A DNA stretch of 64,000 nucleotides from contig JAQFVV010000004.1 in the NCBI GenBank assembly GCA_028023455.1, forward strand, positions 2,976,001 through 3,040,000. Direction: 5' to 3'. The notes under the pieces are model-generated. The model had not been told where the DNA came from and did not search any database. It saw only the letters and a program-made list of their open reading frames with translations. Made by a program: the position numbers and the translations under genes. Shown here one piece after another: positions 13,570-25,106 of the stretch. This stretch comes from Epiperipatus broadwayi. Lineage: Eukaryota; Animalia; Onychophora. Position 1 is the first letter of the stretch, and each line of letters begins with the position of its first letter.

Positions 13570-14220
13570 ATAAATGGACATTATGGAAATTATCTAGATT
13601 TTACATATGAAAGCTAAAAGAAATCAAAGATATATGCCTAAAGGAGCACAATAATGTCCAATGAATTTGTAAAAGAGAAGTAAATACAAATTGAATTAGA
13701 AGTCAACAAATATAAATACCTTGGAATGATTATTAATATGAATGAAAAAATGCAATGGATGAAATTAATCTTAGAATTAAATAACATAGTAAAAGGAAAC
13801 ATGTCTATGTGCTTGAAATGAAATTTAAATTTTAATAAGTAATAGTAAAACATATTTACTTGCATTTCTGAGATGTGGAATCTTAATAAAAGAGTATACA
13901 AAGATGGCAGACTGGAGTCAAAGTGAAAGATGTAAGAGAATGGACAAATATATATCAGTAACAACACTAAAATAATGAAGAGCCTGAAATGGAAATTGGC
14001 TTAACATTCAAATAAGAGAGATAACAATTAATGGACAATTAAAATTTTAAACAAGATACCAACAGATTGTATGAGAATAATAAAGAAAGCACTTATATTA
14101 AAAAGTGGATGAGCTAAGAAAATTTGTTGACATGACATGATGAAAAAAGGTTATGAATTAATAAAACTGGAATAAATTCAGAAAAATATTCATTGATTAG
14201 TGAATTGAAATAACTGAATG
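13570..14220 (+). mobile_element. Degenerate RTE-type non-LTR retrotransposon 3' fragment
   Basis: KYKYLGMII (RT thumb motif) near 13710 and KSLKWKLA*H...WTIKIL near 13980-14045. Similar to the better-preserved RTE end at 58802-59141. Confidence 0.65.
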
Positions 14221-14839
14221 CAATAATGATACTACATTAAATTAATATAATAGTATGTTTAAGATTGAATTAGTAACGCTGTTCCTTTAATAATGTAAAG
14301 CTTTATATTAAAATATTAAAATTACTTTATAAGGTGTCATAGGTTCTACAAATAATAAAAGGGCTATTGCAAAAAAAATTGATAAATAAATAGCAAGATA
14401 TACTTACAAATATTTATTTAATTGCCTTTAAAATAATAAGAACAAATAACATTTTTCTCAGTAACTGTTAAAATATTTTATTTCATCATTAGGCCTTCTT
14501 AAAATATAATGTTAGAATTCATCCATTTGTTTTAATACAATAAAATGAAAACAAATACTTTAAAAATAAAAAATAAGTATTTGCCAAAAATCCCATTCAT
14601 CTCAATTTTTTATTCATTAGCACTTGCAAAGAAATAAAGATATTCTAAATCCAAAAAAGAAATAAAGCACAGAGAATTTGACAAAGATTATACAAACCAA
14701 TCCATGAAATACAAATACATCCACACATTATTTGTTCAACAATTAGCCTGTTCATTTGTCAACTTGCAAAGCTGTCTTTTAACTTTTTTGTCAACAAACT
14801 TTTATATTTAAAAGCCCTCAATAACTTAAATCATAGAAG

Positions 14840-15307
14840 ATCAAATCACTTTTTTCTTATTCTTCAAATACACAGAGGCAAAACTCTCCATACAGTAGCA
14901 CTACTCAGTGCAAGCTAGAGTAATCAATGGATGAGTTCAGATCTATACAATTATACAAGCTAATGGGCTTGAATTAAAATGTTATTGTGTTTTCATTTAG
15001 GACTCAAAGCTTTATAGTTAACTAATAAGATAAAAGATGGCTGCTAGAGGGTTGCATTAGATCCTAAAATCTAGGTGCAATGCTTTCTGATCCAAGGGTT
15101 CTTCTCCTCACTGATGAAAGTCATAAGCTAGAAACTAGTTTGGGAATATTGGATGAGTAGGCACTAAATAGAGATTTTATTCACAAGTCTTCCTGCATCC
15201 ATTGATTACTTTGGCTTGCACTGAGTGTCACTACTGTATGGAGAGTTTTGACTCTGTGTAAACAACTTGTAAAAGCATATATAAAGAATGGTGATCATGT
15301 GATATTC
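14840..15307. mobile_element. Hammerhead-bearing repeat, locus A (short antisense arm then sense arm)
   Basis: Antisense arm to ~14933, then sense monomer sequence to 15307. Core tcctca-CTGATGA-aAGTcataaGCTa-GAAA-ctag-TT at 15105-15140 (GUU triplet). Confidence 0.9.
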
Positions 15308-16063
15308 TTCAATTACTTGTAAATATGTTTTTAAATTTCTCTCTTCACAGTTTACCTTTTCATCTTCATTAGAATTTTTCATACTGTAGCCAATAAATGT
15401 CAATAAAATCTTCGGGGAAAAAACAGAGATTTAAAAATAATATATAATTTTATAGATATTATATTAAAAAAAGAAACATTTCTAGATAGGCTGCAAATTT
15501 ATTTAATTCATTACAATCATTCTGTTGAGAGAAGTTTAACGTATAAGAATTTTAATATTTTGATGAAGTAAGTTCGATTTCAGAAACAAAGATTAATAGT
15601 CTGTTAATCAGTTTCTTGTCAACCTTTGATTCAGATATTCTAACAAATGTTATATTTTCATCTTCTTTGCACAAGCTGATAGCAATCAGCTGCTTTAACA
15701 TAAAAACTTCATCAGAAATAGCACTGCTTAAATATTCAAGACTATCCTTAATTACTAATCTCTTTATTTGATAAGTAATTTCATCCTGTTTCTTGACTGT
15801 ATATTTTACTTCAAACTTTTCTAAATTAAAGTAGTAAATAAAATGCATCTAATATTAAACATTAAGCAAACCTAATATATATATAAATGAACTATAAAGA
15901 GCAATAAAATGAAAGAGTAAAAATATCCAATCATATTTAGAGATCTATAATTACGTTAGGGGAAGAGGTCATATGTAAAAATATAGAGGTTCAAATTTTC
16001 ACTTTATTTTTGCATTTTTATTTTTCCTTTCTAGAATGCAATAAAAATATCTGTTACACTATT

Positions 16064-16292
16064 ATTTTTTTTATTTTCATGTGTCAATTGTGTTGACGGG
16101 GAAGCGAACCTGGGCTAGCTGCTTGGAAGGCAGCTATGTTTTTTTTTTTTTCATATGTCATAGCATCAGCCAGGACGCGAACCCACAACCATCTGCAAAC
16201 AACTACATGCTTGCAAGGCAACTGGGATGACCTCTCGGCTAACAACGCTTGACGTGCAGATATGTTAACCACTAGGCCACCAATAATTGACA
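16064..16292 (-). mobile_element. tRNA-Gly(TCC)-like SINE interrupted by a second SINE
   Basis: Removing 16141-16266 reconstitutes TTGGTGGCCTAGTGGTTAACATAGCTGCCTTCCAAGCAGCTAGCCCAGGTTCGCTTCCCCGTCAACA + gacac + A-rich tail on the minus strand. Confidence 0.85.
16141..16260 (-). mobile_element. tRNA-derived SINE (expanded-arm subfamily), nested insertion
   Basis: Minus strand reads GCGTTGTTAGCCGAGAGGTC...GGGTTCGCGTCCTGGCTGATGCTATGACATATG plus a poly(A) tail. 6-bp TSD tatgtt at 16135-16140 and 16261-16266. Confidence 0.9.
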
Positions 16293-17017
16293 ACTATTTT
16301 GTTACCTTTAATACAAAAATGCAAATATTTACAGATTTAACATTTTATTTTTCCGAGATCCTTAAGAAAGTAATAAAAGTAATATGTTGAAAACATGAAG
16401 TAACACCTGTTTTATAAGTCTTTTAAAAATATATACATGAGACATATAATCTCTCAAGAGTGATGTCTATATTCATTACAAATGAAATCTGCCAGAACCA
16501 AGAGTGATGAGAAATCAATATCTTATGAGAAAAAGTAACATATATTATAAAACAAAACCATAGTAGAATCAATATATATTTTGATATTCCAGAGCTTACT
16601 AAAATGACCTCAGGAAGTTTATAAACAAAATATTTATGAATTAGCTGCCATTTCAGTCATTACTTATGTGAATGCTATATGTAAATTTTAAAAATAGTGT
16701 CACAAATAAAGAAATTGCATGATGGATAGCTAAAAACCTATCAAATGATAAGGCATGTATAATCTGAAGTATTTTATTATTATTATGTACCTAATTATAT
16801 ATTATTTGGGAATTCAATTTAAAATCATGACATAGCCAATTCATCAAACATATCTTTATTAGAAATTATCTTAAGAATCATGTTAAATGTCCAACAATAT
16901 AACAATAACTCATCTAGTATATAATATAGACAACATGTGTGAAGATATAGATGATCTAATACAATATACTTTAAACAAGGAATTATATAAGTTTCTCTAT
17001 ATGATTTTAATTCATTG

Positions 17018-17367
17018 CATCTTTTGTTATCCTCCACTACATCTACCATTATAGTCATCTCCATGACTACAGATCACTAAGAGATGTCATCTTTTGTTAT
17101 CCTTCACTACATCTACCCTTATAGTCATCTCCATGACTACAGATCACTAAGAGATGTCATCTTTTGTTATCCTCCACTACATCTACCATTATAGTCAACT
17201 CCATGACTACAGATCACTAAGAGATGTCATCTTTTGTTATCCTCCACTACATCTACCATTATAGTCATCTCCATGACTACAGATCACTAAGAGATGTCAT
17301 CTTTTGTTATCCTCCACTACATCTACCATTATAGTCATCTTCATGACTACAGATCACTAAGAGATGT
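17018..17367. repeat. Minisatellite, 5 x 70 bp, nearly identical units
   Basis: Unit catcttttgttatcctccactacatctaccattatagtcatctccatgactacagatcactaagagatgt starts at 17018, 17088, 17158, 17228 and 17298. Confidence 0.98.
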
Positions 17368-20300
17368 ACAAAATAACTATACAAACTATGTCCAAAAATT
17401 TCCTGCCCATAAGTCTTAAATTTAAGATTTCAAATATCAAGCTAATGTATCTTTTTCAGAACTACCAATTTGTCTACAATAACATTAATCAAACATGGTG
17501 GATTACTTAATTTACATTAAGTGACATTATAATTTAATATATATAATTTGTAAATTTAAGACTTTTTCTTCTTATTATTATTAGTGTCTAAAATAAGATT
17601 TAAAAAAAATAAAAATAATGTGGGGCTCATGCAACATATACATTTTTCTAGCTGCAACAAAGTTTAAAATTAGAAATCCATAAATAATTACAGTGAAAGC
17701 AATTTTGTATACTCATCTAAATGTATTTTGAAAATGTGAAATAGAAATATTTAGGCTTTAGTGGAGATGAAAAATCAAAGGTTTAACCATTAACATACAA
17801 CACATATTTTGGGTCTGTATAATTTAATAATTTTTAGTAGGAGCCAATGATAATATAAAATCATTTATTTTAATTTTTATACAATAGAGAATGATATGCA
17901 TTTTTATTATTTATTATAATTAGATCCAAAGCATGCATTATTAAAATCACACACACACAATAAGTGTGTGATTAGATCGGTGTAATAGGAACTTATGTAT
18001 TAGTCCAATGGTGATGAAAGTCGCTGGCACAAACAAATGTGTACATAAAGACCGAATTAAACAAATTTACAATTTTCTAAAAAGTAAATGAATATTGAAT
18101 AACATTCCAATCAGAAGAAAGTTGTTAGTCAAAATATTGGCTTCACTACTAATTTTATGATTTAAAGTAAAATGTGACGTCATGAAAAAATGCTGGGATA
18201 ACTCGTGGATCAAATGAAGAATGTAAGGTGTACATGTGACTTACTGATCAGCTTTAATTCCTGCCAAGTGAATTATTTTGAATGACTTTTATTATCCAAT
18301 GAAATGATTAAAATTTGGAAACCCCCACTACTGAAGATGACAATCATTCACTACTTTCAAAAGATGGTCATACAATGAAATAATTATCTGTGAGATGTTT
18401 TGCCCATGTAGTATGTTATCCAGGACAAATGCAAAATCGTACAAAAGTGACAACTTGCAAGCTGCCGGATAGAAACATAAAAATATAAATCATAGCTATA
18501 CTTTCATTTGCATTTTGCAAGATAAAAAAAAAATCAGTTTGCCCCAGTGATTGTAAAAAAAAAAAACATTTGCTTTTCTTTTTTATTGGATTAAATGTAT
18601 ATTGCTAAAAGTTTAATTGTTGCAAAACTATTTCTTGCAAAAAAAAAAATCATAAACAAGTAGTTGTTTATTTCCAGTAAATAAAGTTATATGTCACCAC
18701 TTTGTACAGTACTAAGCTTAGTTGTAATCGTTGTTGCAAATAACTTGATTAGATTCAAAATATAAATACATTTATTTCCACTAAATAAAATTATAGGTTA
18801 CCATTTTGTACTAAATAAAGCTACTTGTTTTCATTTATCAGAATTGATGGATTAAGTTTGTCAAAAGATCCCGTGCAGATGTTATTTTATGAGATTCCGA
18901 GATTAGAAAGTTATGGCTGAACTAATAGTATATTTATAAAAGGCATAATCATATATATAATAACAATAACTCTTAAACAAAATAATTAACTAAAAATAAA
19001 TAAAAGTAATTTAACATATGGAACCAGACTTTTGCTTTTTTATGGGATCTTTATCAAGATGTTTCCTCTTTTACAATCACGTGAGTAATTATTCTATAGC
19101 AACTCCACCCAGTGTATATTATTTAAATTATATAAAATTCTACATAAGATTATTATAAGGAAAAAAGCCTGGTTTGATGTTTTAAATAATTTTTCTATTT
19201 ATTTTTAGTTGTCTAATTTCAATTTTTTTTAAGATTATTTCTAAAGAAGACAACACTATGGACAGTTTTTAAGATTGAAGTTTCACCATTTGAAGTATAT
19301 ATATATTTAAAGAAGTGTATGGCTAAGTTAATATTTTCTCTGTTGTATATCCTAGATATTTGTAGATATAATAAATGTCATATCCTGTCATTCTTACGAT
19401 CTAGAATTAATTTAAGAATACAGCTTAAATATTATTCGGATGTCTAGGTTTTTCCCAAATTTAACGTTACATTTCAATTAAACATAATCATATATCTTGT
19501 AGAATGCATCTCCATAGATGGAGACGATCTAATATCATCCACATTAAGCAAAAAATGGCAAAGACTTATATGATGGTATTGATTCATTATACTTTTTATA
19601 ATCAACCACAATTTTAACCATTAAAGCTCTCTCTTTCAATGATCACAAGTCACTTTGAGACTATATTTTTAACAAGTTTTTTTTTTTTGTTTTTCAACTC
19701 GCCCTATCTGAGTCTGGTTAGTCATCCATTATTAGACAATACATGTTTTTGAATAACTGAAGGGCAAAAAAATCACAGTTAATTTAAATCAGTCACATGA
19801 ATCTTCATTGAACAATGGTAAACCTATTTTTGTTTATAAATTATTATTACCAAACTTATAGAAGTGATAAATTAAATATGTATATACTGTAATTGAGAAA
19901 ACATGTAAGGAAACAGATTAGAAGAGCTTTATGCTTTGCATGCAGAAAAATTATGAACAAGCGATAAAAAAGTTTAGTTCCAGTTAAAGTTTTCTTTATC
20001 TTCGCCAATTAATAAGCATATTAATGTTTTTCTAAAATTTTATAAATTAATATAAATTCTATACCATATGTGGATCCATTTCATTTTTTTATTATATAAA
20101 AAAATATAATTTGAAGCAATACTAATAGAAACATTTTAGTTTGATAGAGCTTTGTCAAATAAAAATAAAAATTAAATGCTAAATTTTCCAGTTCATTTTA
20201 CTTTTTAAATAGTAATTGACTACCTGTCACCTTGTGGTGAGCGCGGCGAGCAAAAATTTTAAAAATATAACTCCCGTTTCAAAGATACAATAAATAAGCT

Positions 20301-21534
20301 CTAGTAAAGTTGTTTATTATTAAAGAATATCCCCCCACCCCAAATAATTTTGATGTATTGTATATTTAAGTTACAGTATTCATATATATATAAAAGAGTT
20401 AATAATAGGGAAAAAAGTTTAAAGAAAAAAACATACAGTTGTTATGACAACGGCTTAGTACGAATAAGTAGTTCAGTGTTACTAGGAAGCAACAATTATT
20501 CATTAGTTACAAATAGGCTGACTATATAAATGGATTTACTAATTAAAACATATGACTGAAACTTGAGAATTATTACAAATGAATTTTCCTATCATGTTAT
20601 AAATTAAAATAAATTGAATGTTTTATGACCATCATTTTACATATCAATATAAATTAATAAAATAAATAAATATATAATGTTAGGATAATGCGTGCATAAA
20701 TGTACACACACACATGCGATACCAATGCCAATTATTTCATCTTACAGGTACAAGTAATATTGCATTAAAATTATATATATATTGCAAAAAAAAATAGAGA
20801 CTAGCAATAAAATTAGTAAGAATATTTTTTGGACTTATTATAAGATTCAATATTGTAATGCTAGAATGAATAGTTAGATGGCAATTAAATAAGATAGTAA
20901 AAAGTAAACACGATAACCATAATATTCATTGAACAAAATTTACTAAATATGATATAAAAATACATCATATAAGAATGAACAAAATTTACTAAGTTACATT
21001 ACAGTTTGTATTCTTGGCAAATCTAGTGAAAGAATAAAATGCTATATGCGTGTATCGGTAAAACAGTCCTTAAATTATCCTTTATGAGGCAAAGGTTTCT
21101 TCAGTAATACCCTACTAAATAATAGACTTATCAATTGCTGAATGGTGAGAATTTGAATGATATTTCCATCCTTTTATTAACCTCTAGCAAAATATTGCTA
21201 CTTTTACATTCATCAATCAATACTTCATATTCAATAATTTTTATTAAACTAGAGATTATCCAATTTGTGTTGACAAACTGAAAGAAAAATGCTAAGCCTC
21301 TGACAAAAAGTTCAGGTTTTATCTGGCTTTGAAATGAAAATAAAAGTTATTTACCATCAAGTCAATAACATTAATTAATCTTTTCACAAAATGTACATTT
21401 TACTACATTCAAAACTAAAACTGATTCTACTTTTAAATAAAGATAAATTACTGAATATTATCCCTTCTTCTGCTTCAGAATACATAAGTTTACATATTTT
21501 TAAAAAAAAAAAACTCTGTCAACTCTATCTCTTT

Positions 21535-21648
21535 GTCTTGCATTGATGGTCGAGAGGTCAGCGCGACTGCCTTGCACTTGCAGGCAGTTGCCCAGGTTGC
21601 GGGTTCGCGTCCCGGCCGATGCTATGACACTTAAAAAAAACAAAAAAC
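21535..21648 (+). mobile_element. tRNA-derived SINE
   Basis: A-box-like tggtcgagagg, B-box-like gggttcgcgtccc, gatgctatgacac + A-tail. 12-bp TSD ctctatctcttt at 21523-21534 and 21649-21660. Confidence 0.9.
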
Positions 21649-21678
21649 CTCTATCTCTTTTATATAATTGTTTTACAT

Positions 21679-23039
21679 TCAAATATCAGCCTTTTAAGCT
21701 AATTGTGCATACACTTTGCAAGTGTTAATAATAAATGAATACTTTCTCACCAATACAAGATATAGTATTTATGCAGAAATAAAAGGAACCCTCTTATTCC
21801 TACGACTCAAATGCTTATATATGAGCAAATTTGAAGTACTGACAAGTAAAGCATGTGGATGGAACCATCACTTTAAATTACTATATACGATGTCTGAATG
21901 AATGAATTGTAAACATATGCTATATAAAATAAATGCTTATTTACATATGATTAAGTTTCAGTTGGAATGACGTTTAGTAAATTCTAGACAATTTTACCCA
22001 TGTCATTCATTCAGACATCGTATATAGTAATTTAAAGTGACAGTTCCATCCTCATGCTTTACTTGCCAGTACTTCAGATTTGCTCATAAATAAGCATTTG
22101 AGTCGTAGGAATAAGAGGATTCCTTTTATTCCTGCATAAATACTATATCTTGTATTGGTGAGAAAGTATTCATTTATTATTAACTCTTATAATGCATGAC
22201 TCGTCTAAAAACGAGAAGATTTGACATCACTCTAAATCGGCTACTTTTTATCCCACGTATACATATGATACGTCATTAGAAAGAAAATCAAAAGTTCTGT
22301 AAGATGGTGCCCTCTTCAGAGTTATTTTACAAGTAAAAAATCAATAAAAATGACCATATATGTCAAACAAAACCAAAGCACCGCCTCCTCACCAACTTTT
22401 CTTGAATCTTATTGGCTGTCCCACTTCTGTCAGAAAGGGTAATGGCTGCCAAAAAGTAAAAAGTTACGTTCGTTTTGATTTTTATTACGAAAATGATAAA
22501 CGAATGTTTACAACATTTTAAACAATATTTGAATTGAATTACAAATTATTATTGATAAAATAATACTAAAAATCAAATTATTTTAGAAAAATAGTTAAGA
22601 TATTACCAAGAATTATTTATTTATTGCTACATATTGATCGTAACGTTAAAGTGAAAAAAAAAAGATTGCGTCAGCAATCTTTTTTGGTTGGTTGAATAGC
22701 GGTTACTTTTATTTCACTGCAATTGAATATTTTTTAAATTATAAATCAAATTTTATTTTTGAAAAGATTTTCGTTTGCTTTCGTAATCTGAAAATTCAGT
22801 AATATACTTTTTACAAACGAAACTAACGTATTTATATTATTAAAAGTGATCTATTTTAACAATAGATTTTGTTAAAGTTGTGAGTTGGCCAATTACAAGT
22901 TTTGATTTTTAACTCATTCGGCCAATTATATAATCATCGTTCAAAGGGTTAACACTCACAAAGCGTATGCACAATTAGCTTAAAAGGCTGACATTTGAAT
23001 GTATACAATTGTAAACATATGCTATATAAAATAAATGCT
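21679..23039. mobile_element. Fold-back / partial-tandem insertion (~333-nt monomer), interrupted by a piggyBac MITE
   Basis: Arm 21679-21904 is the reverse complement of 22003-22183 + 22953-23006. 36-bp direct repeat at 21905-21940 and 23007-23042. 16-bp TSD tataattgttttacat at 21663-21678 and 23040-23055. Confidence 0.85.
22184..22948. mobile_element. Non-autonomous piggyBac-like element, copy 1
   Basis: Bounded by TTAA at 22180-22183 and 22949-22952, ending AAAGGG. Internally homologous to 45428-46167 (aaagttctgtaagatggtgccctcttc; gtgagttggccaatta). The opposite fold-back arm shows the empty gtgTTAAtaat site. Confidence 0.9.
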
Positions 23040-23202
23040 TATAATTGTTTTACATAACATTTTTAATTAAATGGGTCAATTCTTCTATTAGGCAATTATC
23101 AACGATATATTTTAATTCAGATCTCTCATATCTTACATTAAATACAACTATATTTTATATACCTGGAATCTAGATCTAATATAGGGGATTTGAATACAAA
23201 CA

Positions 23203-23560
23203 TTCCCCAGACTAGCTACTGGCATCCATTGATTACTCTGTTTGGTGCAGGGTGGCATTATTGTAGAGAGTTTTGCCTTGTTTAATAACAATTATGTGCC
23301 ACCTAAGATAATATTGGTGTAATCATATAAAAGTGTCAAAAACAGAGATTTGTGACATACTGATTATATGATGTTAATTTATTAGAAACGTGATAATGCT
23401 ATTTTTTTATTTACTGAGTAGAATTTGACTTTATAGACATTATCTATCCACTAAACATGGGGATAGACACTAGATAGATATTTTATGCATGAACCTTCTT
23501 GCATCTATTGATTCCTCTGGTTTGCACTGGGTGCGCTACTATGTGGAGTTTTGCCTCTGG
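23203..23560. mobile_element. Hammerhead-repeat fragments, locus B (two decayed pieces)
   Basis: 23203-23330 reads ttccccagactag joined to tggcatccattgattactctg... and 23465-23560 is a diverged sense fragment. Confidence 0.75.
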
Positions 23561-24172
23561 AATTGATAAAGAAATTAACAATGTTTTCATATAATAAATA
23601 TGATGTAACTAAAATTGTATGGGAGTGGCAGTAGTGGGGTAAACATATGGTAATGATGTGTTATATGTTAGTAGATGGATATTAGATTATTTAGAAAAAG
23701 GACAAAGAGAAGTAGGAAGACATGCATTAGATGCAGATGTATGAATAGCAAATGAGGCAATTCAAGGAGAAATGGGATGGTCAAGTTTTTATACAAGAGA
23801 TGCAAAAAGCAAAATGAAATGTTTGGTAGATTGAAATTTATGGATAATATGAAAATAGCCAAAATAGTATTTAATTGGGTTATGAGTAAAGGTCAAGCAA
23901 CAAAATGAGTGAGAAGGGCAATACAGTATGCAGAAGATTTGGATAAAGAATTTATGTCAGTATACTTATACAAAAGGTGAGATGATTGTGTTAAGAGAAT
24001 TGTTGAGGGTTATAGTGGTAAGAAATGGGATAGAAGAATAGATACATTAATATAGAATAGAGAATTGGAGAGATGGAGAACTAGTATGGAGAATAAAAAG
24101 AGTTTAAATATAAATACAAGTAAATGGAATATTGGGTGTGAGTTATGATAATAGCATGGAAAATAGTTTACT

Positions 24173-25106
24173 ACTAAACATCACATGATCACTATTTCTT
24201 ATGCTAGCACATTACTGTTATTAAAACAGGCAAAACTCTCCATACAGTAGTGCAACTCAGTGCCAACCAGAGTAATCAATGGATGCCAGAAGGCTTGTGC
24301 ATAAAATCCCTATATAGTGCCTACTCATCAATATCTCCAGACTAGTTTCTGGCTTGTGGCTTTTGTCAGTGAGAAGCTTTGGATCTGAGAGCACTGCACC
24401 TAGATCTTGGGATTTAATGCAACCCTCCAGCAGCCACCTTTTAACTCTATTTAACTACAAAACTATGAGAATAAAATTGAAAACACAATAATATTTTCAA
24501 TCTAAGCTCAATAACTTATATAGTCATATGGGTCTGAACCCAGTTCATTACCCATACATTTTGGTGTCTTTGACTCTTTAACAACTATAGACACCACTTT
24601 CCTATTAGGCAGGATTGGTGTTAAACCACTAAACATCACATGATCACTATTTCTTATGCTAGCACATTACTGTTATTAAAACAAGCAAAACTATCTATAC
24701 AGTAGTGTCACTCAGTGCCAAACAGAGTAAACCATCCTGCCTAATAGGATAGTCATGTCTATGATTGTTAAAGAGCTAAAGACACCAAAATATATGGGTA
24801 CTGATCTGGGTTCAGACCCATATGACTATATATGCTATTGAGCTTAGATTGGAAATATTATTGTGTTTTCAATTTTATTCTCATAGTTTTGTAGTTAAGT
24901 AGTGATAAAATGTGATTGCTGGAGGGTTGCATTAGATCCTAAGATCTAGGTGCAATGCCCTCAGATCCAAATCTTTTCACTGATGAAGGCCACAAGCCAG
25001 AAACTAGTCTGGGGATATTGGATGAGTAGGCACTAGATAGGGATTATATGCACAAGCCTTCTGGCAACCATTGATTACTCTGGTTGGCACTGAGTGTCAC
25101 TACTGT
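24173..25106. mobile_element. Hammerhead-bearing repeat, locus C (antisense ~1.2-mer + sense arm)
   Basis: actaaacatcacatgatcactatttcttatgctagcac is repeated at 24173 and 24628 (period 455). Inversion junction at ~24730. 17-bp TSD atggaaaatagtttact at 24156-24172 and 25107-25123. Confidence 0.95.
24965..25023 (+). ncRNA. Minimal type-I hammerhead ribozyme motif (core intact)
   Basis: atccaa..ttttca-CTGATGA(24980-86)-aGGCcacaaGCCa-GAAA(25000-03)-CTAG-TC^(25009)-tggggatattggat. Confidence 0.85.

Noticed and set aside
17018-17367. CRISPR-like array
   Set aside because: The units are identical end to end with no unique spacers, the context is eukaryotic and there are no cas genes.
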